A DNA stretch of 64,000 bases from an uncultured delta proteobacterium (GTDB lineage Bacteria; Desulfobacterota; BSN033; UBA1163). Location of the stretch: NCBI GenBank assembly GCA_963708295.1, contig CAVPSJ010000013.1, forward strand, positions 32,001 to 96,000, read 5' to 3'. Under the pieces are notes generated by a model, which was given only the letters and a program-made list of their open reading frames with translations, was not told where the DNA came from and ran no database searches. Both the position numbers and the translations under genes were made by a program. Shown one piece after another: positions 1-9,979 of this stretch (within the stretch, counting starts at the first letter, position 1; every line of letters begins with the position of its first letter).

Positions 1-1
1 C

Positions 2-172
2 GCTATGGTCAGCGAGATTGTTGGGGTAGAGAAGATTCTGTTTGGGACGGACTTCCCACTGATTTCACCACGACGATACTATAGGGAATTGGAAGAATCC
101 GGTCTCTCAAAACAGGACCGCGAAAAGATATTGGGGCTCAACTTTTCAAGACTGATTGAGAAACGGCCTTGA
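2..172 (+). CDS. Amidohydrolase family protein, C-terminal fragment (window edge)
   Basis: Frame 2 reads ...VGVEKILFGTDFPLISPRRYYRELEESGLSKQDREKILGLNFSRLIEKRP*; ILFGTDFP and KILGxN are typical amidohydrolase_2 C-terminal motifs. Confidence 0.8.
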   Translation, partial: AMVSEIVGVEKILFGTDFPLISPRRYYRELEESGLSKQDREKILGLNFSRLIEKRP

Positions 173-459
173 GAGATTATGTCGCAGCATGATAAAGGGT
201 GGACATGGGCGGGATCCACTCCTCAGCTTTAGAATGCGGTCGTTTATGATGGCCGGTAATTGAGCTTGTTGCGAATGCAGTTTTTTCAAGGGCTTGCAGC
301 CTGGTCGCTGATGGATAAGAGGTTTCCGCCCTGCCTTCGTCCCGCAAGGGGGGACTTTCGCGCAAGCAGGCCTAAAGCTTCGTTACCTGACCGCCTGTCC
401 CGCCGTAGCATGCAATTAAGTTTTTCGTTAAGAGTAGCCACAATTCCTGAATAGGAAGG

Positions 460-864
460 CTAGGTGAGGGAGTGTTTCAGGAGAGTGGAGTTCCCTGTGG
501 CAAGAATCGTCCCATCTTCCTTGGCCACGAAAGCCTTTGCCCTGATCAATCTCTTACTTACTTCCGTAATCTCTCCATAGACATGTAACGGTTCGAGGAT
601 CGGCGCCGGCCTCTTGAACTTAATCTCCAGGGAGGCCGTAACCGCTTCATAACCCAATTCGTAAACCAGTTTTGCCATTGCTTCATCCAATAACGTGCTG
701 AGAATCCCCCCATGGACGATTCCGTCCCAGCCTTGAAAAGTCGGACTAGCGCTGAACGTTGTTTTGAGGGTTTGTCTCTCTTTGTCGATCTCGAATCGCA
801 ACTGCAATCCGTTCGGATTGTTCTCCCCACAAACAAAACAGTTTCCGTAAGTTTCGAATTTCAT
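460..864 (-). CDS. PaaI family hotdog-fold thioesterase
   Basis: MKFETYGNCFVCGENNPNGL...QGWDGIVHGGILSTLLDEAM...TASLEIKFKRP; GAGG upstream of ATG at 864. Confidence 0.9.
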   Translation of the reverse strand: MKFETYGNCFVCGENNPNGLQLRFEIDKERQTLKTTFSASPTFQGWDGIVHGGILSTLLDEAMAKLVYELGYEAVTASLEIKFKRPAPILEPLHVYGEITEVSKRLIRAKAFVAKEDGTILATGNSTLLKHSLT

Positions 865-875
865 CTCTTTCCTCG

Positions 876-987
876 TTGACCCGTTCGACGGCACTCAGCC
901 TCGTCTTGCAAGGGGGGGACGGAAAGTGCCGCTCAGGGTCAATCCAGAGCAACCCCGGTAGTTATGCCTGGGAGCCGAAGGATTGAC
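876..987. repeat. Structured double-hairpin repeat, copy 1
   Basis: TTGACCC-GTTCGAC-[GGCACT..AGTGCC]-GCTCA-GGGTCAA-TCCAGAGC-[hairpin]-GCCGAA-GGATTGAC; same architecture at 18191 and 56730. Confidence 0.85.
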
Positions 988-1001
988 TTGATTTCATGGG
1001 T

Positions 1002-1031
1002 ATCATATAGTTTTGGTGATTGCACTGTCAA
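1002..1031 (-). promoter_or_regulatory. Putative sigma70 promoter for the PaaI gene
   Basis: Minus strand TTGACA-N18-TATGAT. Confidence 0.55.
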
Positions 1032-1147
1032 CTGTTAGAGAATTTCACTGACCATTAGAACCTCTCCGGTATCTTCCTGGAAAAAAGGGAACAAAAATCC
1101 TCCTTTAGAAAAGGGGGACGGAGAGAGATTTGAAGCACAGGAGAGAT

Positions 1148-1950
1148 ATGAAAGAGGATGCCCCCTATCTCCGGATAGCGATCGCTGCGGCCAAAGAGGC
1201 GGGCAGGATTCAGATGCTCCATTTTGGCCATTCCCATCCGGTGCAGTACAAAGAAGAATTCAACCCGGTGACGGAAGTGGACAAACTCTGTGAGCGGGCC
1301 ATCGTGAAAATGATTTCCGATGCTTTCCCGGACCATGATATTTTGACGGAAGAGAGCCCTTTCGAAGGAAGGGGATCTCGATGGAAGTGGATTGTCGATC
1401 CCTTGGATGGGACGACCAATTATCTTCACGGATTTCCCTGCTTCTGTGTCTCCGTCGGGCTTGAAGTGGAAGGCGAAGTTGAGATGGGAGTGGTTTATGT
1501 CCCGCCCCTCGACGAGCTCTTTCATGCGGAGAAGGGGAAAGGGGCCTTTCTTAACGGGGAGCGGATGACGAGTCTCCCGGGTTGATCGACTGCACCGAAG
1601 TCTGCTTTGCACCGGCTTTCCTTACGATGTTCATGAACACGCCGATTTCTACCTTCGTTATTTTCGTCAGTTTATCACCCGGAGTTTTGCGATTCGAAGA
1701 CCCGGCTCAGCTGCCGTCGATCTTTCATACTTGGCAGCAGGGCGTTTCGACGGATTCTGGGAGTTTAAACTTCATGCGTGGGATGTGGCGGCGGCCAGCT
1801 TGTTGATCACTGAAGCAGGGGGGAAAGTGACCGACCTTCAAGGCCGATCCTTTCAATATCTATTCTGAAGTCATCCTGGCTTCCAATGGGTTGGTCCATG
1901 AGGAGATGATTCAGACGATTCGAGAGATGGATGCAGGACAGGGGGAATAA
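1148..1950 (+). CDS. suhB: Inositol monophosphatase (two frameshifts, ~1580 and ~1850)
   Basis: [17 protein letters not shown], then in shifted frames [42 protein letters not shown]. Confidence 0.9.
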
Positions 1951-1991
1951 ACAGAGAACGCCGTATAGGTAACGGACGCGAACAAAGCGCC

Positions 1992-3340
1992 ATGAAAAAG
2001 CAGGCAGAACTTTTTGAAGAGAAAGGGAGAGAGTCGGGCAAGAGAGAGGCCCCTCTCGCTGGTCGGATGAGGCCTCAGACACTGGACGAATTTGTGGGCC
2101 AGGATCACCTCCTGGGTCGAGGAAAAGTTCTGCGCCAGGCGATCGAATCCGATCACCTTCCTTCCATGATTCTATGGGGACCCCCTGGATCTGGCAAGAC
2201 GACCTTAGCCATGATCATCGCCACGACCACAGGGGCTCGATTTCTCGCCTTCAGTGCCGTTCTCTCCGGGGTGAAAGAGATCAAGGAAGTCGATCCAGGA
2301 AGCCGAGGAGGAACGGAAATATAATCAAAGGCGAACGGTTCTCTTTGTGGATGAGATCCATCGGTTCAATAAAGCTCAGCAGGACGCTTTCCTTCCCCAT
2401 GTGGAAAAAGGAACGGTCATCCTCATTGGAGCCACCACAGAGAATCCATCCTTTGAGGTGATTTCCCCCTTACTCTCCCGCACAAAAGTCTTCACCCTTC
2501 GTTCTTTAACAGAAGAGGAGATTGAATTGATCTTGAAACGCGGGCTCACGGATAAAGAAAGGGGATTAGGCCAGTATGGCACGATGATCGAGCCGGAGGT
2601 CATCAAAAGCATTTGCCAGCTGGCGAACGGAGATGCAAGAGCGGCCCTGAATACATTAGAAATGCTCGTGTTGACAACTTCCCCGGATAAGGAAGGTATT
2701 CGTCAGATCAAGAAAGAGGATTTGACAGAGATTCTTCAAAGGAAGGCCTATCTTTACGACAAGTCCGGGGAGGAGCATTATAATCTCATTTCAGCTTTGC
2801 ATAAGAGTCTCAGAGGGAGCGATCCCGATGCCGCACTCTACTGGCTGGGCAGGATGCTGGAGGCCGGTGAAGATCCGCTCTATATTGCTCGCCGGATGAT
2901 CCGATTTGCCTCGGAAGATATTGGAATGGCAGATCCCCAGGCCTTGCAGGTCGCGGTCGCAGCCATGCAAGCCTTTCACTTTATCGGCCTTCCGGAAGGG
3001 AACTTGGCTCTTGCCCAGGCAGCCGTCTATCTGGCGACAGCACCCAAATCAAATGCTCTCTATACGGCATTTCAGGGAGTTCAGAGGGATGTTCGGGAAA
3101 TCGAGAATATGCCGGTCCCCCTTCATATTCGAAATGCTCCGACTGCATTGATGAAAGACTTAGGTTATGGAAAAGAATACAAATACCCGCACGATTATCC
3201 AGACCATTTCATCGAGGAGGAATATCTTCCTGAGAACCTGAGAGGAAAAACCTACTACCACCCGGCTGAACTGGGGGCTTGAGAAGGAAATCAAAAGAAG
3301 GCTGGAGTGCTGGAGGAGAAAGAAGAACGAGAAGAAGTGA
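1992..3340 (+). CDS. rarA: Replication-associated recombination protein A (MgsA/RarA AAA+ ATPase), frameshifted ~2290 and ~3280
   Basis: [73 protein letters not shown]. Confidence 0.95.
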
Positions 3341-3512
3341 TTCACCTTCGTATGACTGCTAAGGGTGAGAGGAGATGACTGGGGAGGCTCTGGAGGAAAT
3401 GGTTGAAGGGTTTAAAAAAGGCCAGGATGAGGAACTGGGAGGGTTTGTAAAGAGAATCGCTGATCAATTTCGCCTCATACTTCGGTAGTAAGATAAGAGA
3501 AAGGTACAGGGG

Positions 3513-4279
3513 TTACTTACCCTTTTCCAAAATCATTATAATATTTCGTGAAAACATTCTGGTAATGAATAGGAAAACTTTTCCACTGTCTGATAATAAT
3601 CCGTTTGACTCAAAAGGTGTTTGATGCCCTCTCTTGTATAACGCAAACGATATGCAATCCAGGGTAATCCAATCATCATCAAAGGAATATATAAGGGTAA
3701 CAATATTTTTCTTTTAATCTTATTGCCGCGTAAAGCGGTAAGAGCAAAACCATAATGCGTAAAATGGAAATAGATCGTTTGCCATGTGAGGGGAGTAATA
3801 TGTCCGTAATCAAAGATCTCTTCTCCCTTCAATATTCACGTACGCCTGCGATGGCCAAAATTGAAAAAGATTTCCTGTGCACATGAACATGAATCTTGAA
3901 TAGAAGCAGGAGATGTTGGGTGTTGTGAGGATGATGAAACCACCTTTCTTCGTAATCCTAGATAGTTCACTTATGAATCCTTGATAGTTGATAATATGCT
4001 CTATGCCTTCCATTGATACAACTGCGTCAAACTGTTCATCATCAAAAGGCAATAATTTATTCATATCAGCAAGAACGTAATCACTCCTGGCTTCATTGAT
4101 GTCAGCAGAAATAACTTTGAGCCCTTCCCCCGAAGTTTGTCACCTAACCGACCCCGCGCCAGCGGGTGTATCTTAATATGCTTGCAACTCCCTTCTTGAT
4201 ACGAAGGCGATTTACAACCTCCGAAAAGACAATGCCCATTGTTTGTGAAAACTTATCATGGTAGGCAAATGGACTCACG
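3513..4279 (-). CDS. Class I SAM-dependent methyltransferase (type 11-like), AT-rich, several frameshifts; possibly pseudogene
   Basis: Joined frames give ILDTPAGAG (motif I), LPFDDEQFDAVVSMEGIEHI, RITKKGGFIILTTPN, YGHITP; start uncertain. Confidence 0.7.
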
Positions 4280-4740
4280 ACTATCTTCCTTATCTATCTT
4301 TCAGATTTATGGGATGGCTTCTATTTGATATCTTCCAGGCTGCAGTCATAAAGGATATTATCTCTGGCAACACCATGAATTTTCCGCCTCAATAAATTAC
4401 CGTCTGGGATCATATTACTTAGAATTTGATTTAATGCAATAGTTCGTCCTTCTGTTTTCAGCGATACTCAACTTATTTTTCGAGCTGCTTCTATGTTTTT
4501 TTAAAATCCTAAACCCATGAGGGCTCTCTTCGTTCAAAAAGGTTCAGACTTCATCTATTTTTCGAGAAAGGTTCGTTTTAAACAGATAGGATACAGATTC
4601 GAGTAATTTGAGGATAAATTATCCACAGAGGTCGACGCATGTCTGCATTTTTCAGTTGCGGCTCTACGATACACTTTTCTGCGAAATAAGGGACAGAGAA
4701 TTCTTCAGGAAGGATTCGGCATGATCTTTCCATACGCCAA

Positions 4741-5479
4741 TTATTGTTTCCGTTTCACTCCTTCGCCGGTCATGGGGACGAAGAGGACAGGGATGACCGT
4801 CGAGGGTCTCCATTTTTCCAGACCTTTTGACAATTTTTTTTAACTCCTGGGTGTAGGTCCCGACTGGCACAACCATCCGGCCGCCCTCCTTCAATTGGTC
4901 GATGAGGGGTTTCGGGACATGGTCGGGGGCAGCGGTGACGATAATCGCGTCGAAGGGTGCTGCCTCAGGCCATCCCAAATATCCGTCCCCTGCCTTCACC
5001 TTGACGTTTTGGTATCCCAGCTCTGAAAGTCTTTCTTTTGCCATAAAGGCCAGGGGCTCGATGATTTCGACCGTATAAACCTCTTTGGCCAATTCCGCCA
5101 AGATGGCGGCCTGATAGCCAGAACCCGTTCCGATCTCTAAAACCTTCTCGTTCCCTTTGAGTTCTAAGAGTTCTGTCATCAAGGCGACGATATAGGGCTG
5201 GGAGATGGTTTGGCCCTCTCCGATGGGCAGCGGTTGGTCGGAGTATGCCGAGTCCAGGTATTTTTCAGGGACAAATCGGTGTCGCTCCACTTTGAGGAGC
5301 GCAGAAAGCACGCGAGGGTCTTTCACTCCTCTGGCTTTAATCTGGCTCTCCACCATCTTTTCACGCATGGCCTTGAAATCCCCTTTCGGGTTTGAATCGA
5401 ACCCTCTCTTTGCATCGGTGCATGGTGTCAGCACCAGAAGAATAAGAATGGTTGATATCGCGACGATCGCCTTTTTCAT
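4741..5479 (-). CDS. pcm: Protein-L-isoaspartate O-methyltransferase with N-terminal signal-like segment (frameshift near 4800)
   Basis: [55 protein letters not shown]; shifted tail [11 protein letters not shown]. Confidence 0.95.
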
Positions 5480-5489
5480 CACCGTCATC

Positions 5490-5550
5490 AACCTACCACA
5501 GTTATTAAAATCATGTCAATCCTTGACAATTTTCACATATGTTTGATACT
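5490..5550. promoter_or_regulatory. Back-to-back divergent sigma70-like promoters (pcm / TPR operon)
   Basis: TGTCAA-tcc-TTGACA at 5514-5528; plus strand TTGACA-N16-GATACT, minus strand TTGACA-N18-TAGGTT preceded by TG. Confidence 0.5.
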
Positions 5551-5739
5551 TTTCTAACAAAAGGTTTCGACTATATGTTTAACTTCATTCGGTAAAATCA
5601 TTGGAGCCTTTGTCTCCTGACTTCGATTACTTTCACTTTTCCCGTTCTCCAAAGCGAGGGACAATACCCGGATCCTGGCGGCCCCGCTGAGATCACCTTC
5701 TTCGGAAAAGAGGAGACAAAATGGGTCGAAAAAAGGGAA

Positions 5740-8616
5740 GTGGCTCTCCCTGCCAACCTGGTTCAAGGGACCAAGGAAGAGCCTCGTGTGGACTCCTTTG
5801 ATCTGAGGGAAGAATCCCTCGGTCCGACGAAGAAGATGAGCGCTTCCACGACACAGCCCGGTTGTGCCTATTCAAGTCGATTCACCTCGGGTCTGGCAAA
5901 AGCCTTCACGGGAGATAAAGCCCTTTATGAAAAGGGAAGATATCGATATCTCAAGGGGGCTTATGAAGATGCCGTCGCTTCTTTCGAGAAACTGATCCAA
6001 GATTACCCGAAGAGTGAATGGGCGGGGTCCTCCCACTATTGGATGGGAGAAACGAGATATCATCAAGGGAAGGATGAAGGGGCGTTTTCATATTTCCGTA
6101 AGGTGGTTGAGATCTATCCTGAGAGTGAGTTCTATATCTATGCCTTATATTCCTGCGGATGGATCCGGCTGAAACACGGTGTCTATGAGGAAGGACATCC
6201 ATTCTTTCACCGGGCCTATGAAAAAGCTCCGGCCCATCCCGTTGCGGAATCTTCCCTGTTTTGGTCCGGATACTGCCTCTATCAGGCTGGTCGATATGCC
6301 GAGACCCTTCAGGAACTGGAGACCCTTCTTCAAAAGTACCCTGCGGGGAAGTGGAGACCCGAAGCTGAATATTTGGCCGGCGCCAGCTACTTTCGGCTCA
6401 AAAGATTTAAGGAGGCCGCAGACCAATTCAAGAATTTCTGGAGACGTTATCCAAGACATCCGCTCGAAGAAAGCTCCCATTATGCGCTGTCTTGGAGCCT
6501 GGTCTCTCTGGGACAGTATCTCGAGGGAAGGAAAACCTTCGAGGACATCCTTCTCGCCCATCCCGGAACAAAGCTTTCCGACCCGATCTTCTGGGGCATT
6601 ATAAGGACCTATTTGGGGGCCGATGAGGCGGAAAAGGCCATCCTTCTCTATCAGCGGTTTCTTTCACAGTTCCTTTCTTCCCCCTGGGGGGAACAATGCC
6701 TGTTTGATATCGGGCAATATTATTTTGGGAAAAGAGAATATTCCAATACCGTAAATATCTTTCGTCAATTCCTCAGGACCTATCCTGAGAGTGAACTCCA
6801 CGAGTGGGTTCATTTTATGCTGGGAGAAAGCCTGTTTCATCAGAAGGACTACAAGGGGGCTATCGTCTCCTATCATCAAGCCCTGGAGGAAAGGGGAAGG
6901 GCGGGGCTGGAACCCTTCGTCATCTCAAAATTGGGTTACGCCCATTTTTACCTGAAAGACTATGGGGTGGCCATCCAATACTGGGAACGGCTCCTCGCGG
7001 ATTTTCCTGATTTAGTGGAGAAGAACGAAGTGCGTTACTGGCTCGCGGAGGCTTCGCTTTCGAAACAGGATTATCGGAAGGGGCTGGGATATGTCGATCA
7101 GTTGCGGGGAGATCCAACCTTGTATCCAAAGGCATTGAACAGCCTGGGATGGTATCATTTCCAAAAGCGAGAATGGAAGGAGGCCAACCATTATTTCTTG
7201 AAGATCCTCGTCGACTTTCCTGAATATCGGACCACCCCTTCTCTCTTCCTGATGGTGGGGGAGTGCTATTTGAATCAGAATGACTATCAGAGGGCCAAGA
7301 ACTATTTGATGCGATTGATCTCTTCGACGGAGGAGATCAAGGATCAAGACAAGGTTTACTATCTCCTTGGATGGGTAGCCTACCGGGAAGAACGGTTCGA
7401 TGAGGCCATGAGCCAATTTCGAGCCCTCTTGGAATCGAATCCCCTTAGCCCCTACGGAGATGAATCCCGGTACTGGATCGGATGGTCTCATTTCCGGAAA
7501 AAGGAATTCGCGGAGGCCATCGAAGAATTTCAACGTCTTACCCAAAGGTACCCGAAGAGCCCCTATGTGCCTCCCGCACTTCTGAAGATAGGAGATGGGT
7601 ACTATAACCTGAAACGATATGCGCAAGCCGTCCATTCCTATTCCCATGCCGTGAGAGCTTATCCTAAATCCAAGGAAGCACCCGAGGCCGATTTTGGAAT
7701 CCTCCTTTGCCTCCTTCAAGAGAGGAAATATGATTCTTTCATTTCGCAGGTAGAAACTTTTTTGAAACGATATCCGCACCATTCTCTTGCCGGCCAGGCC
7801 CTGATGCAACTGGGGGATACCTACCAGCAGGAGCGGATGAAAGAAAAGGCGGTGAAGACCTATCAAGAGCTCATCAGTCTTTATCCGGACAACGACTTGG
7901 CCGTGGAGGCCAGGTTCCGTATTGCCGTCTTGTATATGAAGGATGGAAAATGGGCCGAAGCCATTGAGGAAATGAATCAGGTCATTCATTCCCCCAGGGG
8001 TCATCTTGCGGTTGATGCGCGCATTGAACTGGGGGGTCTCTATCTCCTTCTCAAGAATTACTCCAAAGCCCTTGAACAGTATGAATGGGTGACGAAGAAT
8101 CACCCCCAGCATCCATCGGTCAAGAGGGCCTACCTGGGGATGGAGGAGGGGTATCGGAGTTTAGGGAAGACAGACCAGGCCGAGAAGATTTTGAAGGAGT
8201 TGTTAGGTAGTTTTCCTCAAGATGACATCCAATTTGAAGGACAGTTGAGGCTGGGAACCCTCTACTTCGCCCAGAAGAAATTTGGGGACGCCGTTGCCGC
8301 CTTTTCTGCGGCAGTCCGAAGTCCGGAAGAGAGAGTAGCCAGCCAGGCCCAGTTTAAACTGGGAGAGGCCTATTTAGAGGCCGGGAACAGGGAGTCGGCT
8401 TTGGCTCAATTTTCAAGAGTCGTTTACCTCTATCCTCAATACCCCGACTTGATGGAAGAAGCTCTTCTGAAGCTGGGGGCCCTCTATATACAAGAGAAGA
8501 AACTTTCTGAGGCCAGGCAGATCTACAACAAGTTGTTAGAGAAGAGCAAGAGGGGAGATCGAAGGGAGACCGCCAGAAAAATGCTCGACCAGATGGATCA
8601 GGGGGGGATTCCCTGA
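5740..8616 (+). CDS. Large multi-TPR protein (BamD/CpoB-like repeats); true start probably upstream near 5576 with a frameshift
   Basis: 958-aa ORF of repeated units such as AxxxFxxLIxxYPxSxxAxxAxYxxG through its whole length. Confidence 0.85.
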   Translation: MALPANLVQGTKEEPRVDSFDLREESLGPTKKMSASTTQPGCAYSSRFTSGLAKAFTGDKALYEKGRYRYLKGAYEDAVASFEKLIQDYPKSEWAGSSHYWMGETRYHQGKDEGAFSYFRKVVEIYPESEFYIYALYSCGWIRLKHGVYEEGHPFFHRAYEKAPAHPVAESSLFWSGYCLYQAGRYAETLQELETLLQKYPAGKWRPEAEYLAGASYFRLKRFKEAADQFKNFWRRYPRHPLEESSHYALSWSLVSLGQYLEGRKTFEDILLAHPGTKLSDPIFWGIIRTYLGADEAEKAILLYQRFLSQFLSSPWGEQCLFDIGQYYFGKREYSNTVNIFRQFLRTYPESELHEWVHFMLGESLFHQKDYKGAIVSYHQALEERGRAGLEPFVISKLGYAHFYLKDYGVAIQYWERLLADFPDLVEKNEVRYWLAEASLSKQDYRKGLGYVDQLRGDPTLYPKALNSLGWYHFQKREWKEANHYFLKILVDFPEYRTTPSLFLMVGECYLNQNDYQRAKNYLMRLISSTEEIKDQDKVYYLLGWVAYREERFDEAMSQFRALLESNPLSPYGDESRYWIGWSHFRKKEFAEAIEEFQRLTQRYPKSPYVPPALLKIGDGYYNLKRYAQAVHSYSHAVRAYPKSKEAPEADFGILLCLLQERKYDSFISQVETFLKRYPHHSLAGQALMQLGDTYQQERMKEKAVKTYQELISLYPDNDLAVEARFRIAVLYMKDGKWAEAIEEMNQVIHSPRGHLAVDARIELGGLYLLLKNYSKALEQYEWVTKNHPQHPSVKRAYLGMEEGYRSLGKTDQAEKILKELLGSFPQDDIQFEGQLRLGTLYFAQKKFGDAVAAFSAAVRSPEERVASQAQFKLGEAYLEAGNRESALAQFSRVVYLYPQYPDLMEEALLKLGALYIQEKKLSEARQIYNKLLEKSKRGDRRETARKMLDQMDQGGIP

Positions 8617-9441
8617 TGGAAAAACGATCAGCGAGGAGCCGGAAGCGTATTTTCTTTCTCTTCGCCCTTTTGGTTATCCTCATCGGGTTTCTCTCCTGGA
8701 TTTTCATTTTCGTCCCCACCTTCCCGATTCGCTTAAAGGACGGGTGGAGAGCTCTGACTCATGAAAGCAAGAGAATTCTGGGATGGGAAAAGGGCACATT
8801 TCCTCCGGAGGAGAAACGAGATCCGGGAGGAGGTGATTCTTAAGAAGATGGAGGAGGCCAGTGCTCGTGAAGATTGGAGGGCTCTTGCGCCGGAATATCC
8901 TCGACCGAGAAAGTTGGAAACTGCAAGCGCCGATGAGAAAGCGAAGGCCCTGAAGAATTCATCAGAGTTTAAGGAAATGGATGAGGAGTTGAAGCAATAT
9001 TTGAAAAAGAAGGAAGATCTTTTATATCCAGAAGCTCCCGTTCCTTCTCTCAGAGAGGCAATGGATTCAATCTCATCCAACGATAAAGGAGCGGCGAAGG
9101 TTGTCCGGAGACTCCTGAACGCCAAGGAAGGAAATGCTCTGGAAAAACCCCTGGAGGAAAACCTTCGACTGGGAATAAAGGGGGCACTTGCCAGTCGGAA
9201 GATTCTCGAAAGACCGGATCTCCCTCAAGTCAAATCGAAAGTTGAGGTGGAAATCGAGTTGACGCTCTGGGTATTGCCCAATGGGACGGTGGATCGGGTT
9301 GTTCCCTCAGTCAAGGGGGATACGGAGTTGGAGAGGATCGCCGTCCAATACTTGAGACAGTGGCGATTTGCCGCGTTGCCCAAAGATCAACCCCAGGCGG
9401 TGCAATGGGGGACCATTCCGATTAAATTTAGGCTACAATAG
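8616..9441 (+). CDS. Membrane-anchored protein with TonB/TolA C-terminal-like domain (frameshift ~8800)
   Basis: N-terminal TM IFFLFALLVILIGFLSWIFIFV; C-terminal LTLWVLPNGTVDRV..SVKGDTELERIAVQYLRQWRF...WGTIPIKFRL. Confidence 0.7.
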
Positions 9442-9676
9442 GCTTAGAATCCAACCTCATGTCTTCCGTGTCTAGGAGCATCAATTGACAAGCGCCCGCC
9501 TCCGCTGGGCGGGCAGGAATACCCAAGGTTCAGAACTCCTCAAAAACCGTTTTGGCCATTGGGTGCCGATGATTGGGATTTGTTTGGGATAGGTGGTTTG
9601 AAATTTGAAATGTTGAGATAGAACAAGCTCATTGGAAACGGTCGGTAGAAAGGGTCACTGAAGGTTCGATGTTTGA

Positions 9677-9979
9677 ATGAGAAAAAGACGCATTCTTATT
9701 TTAACGATGATCTTCTTGTTCATTCTTGGGAGTCTCACCTTTTTTGGGGAGAAAGGAATCCTTAATCTCCTTCGCCTCCGGAAGGAGGTCATCCGGATCA
9801 AGGGGATCAATTCAAGACTGGAGGAAGAGAATCAAAAATTGAGGGAAGAGGTCAAACGGTTGCAAAGTGACAAACGGTATATCGAAGAGATCGCCCGGAA
9901 GGAATTGGGGATGGTCAAGGAACGAGAGATCATTTATCGGTTCGATACTCCTTCCAAGGGAAAGGAGAATCCAAAATGA
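9677..9979 (+). CDS. ftsB: Septum formation initiator (FtsB/DivIC family)
   Basis: TM, FGEKG, coiled coil, YIEEIARKELGMVK.EIIY. Confidence 0.9.
   Translation: MRKRRILILTMIFLFILGSLTFFGEKGILNLLRLRKEVIRIKGINSRLEEENQKLREEVKRLQSDKRYIEEIARKELGMVKEREIIYRFDTPSKGKENPK

Noticed and set aside
195-300. GGTGGACATGGGCGGGA resembles the reverse complement of a tmRNA/tRNA 3' end
   Set aside because: No T-loop (TTCRA), no CCA end and no matching 5' acceptor strand found
876-987. UGAG..CGAA core of the structured repeat looks like a hammerhead ribozyme stem II
   Set aside because: Required CUGANGA and GAAA/UH core arrangement is absent in all three copies
7012-8112. 366-aa antisense ORF
   Set aside because: Shadow of the TPR gene with no recognisable motifs
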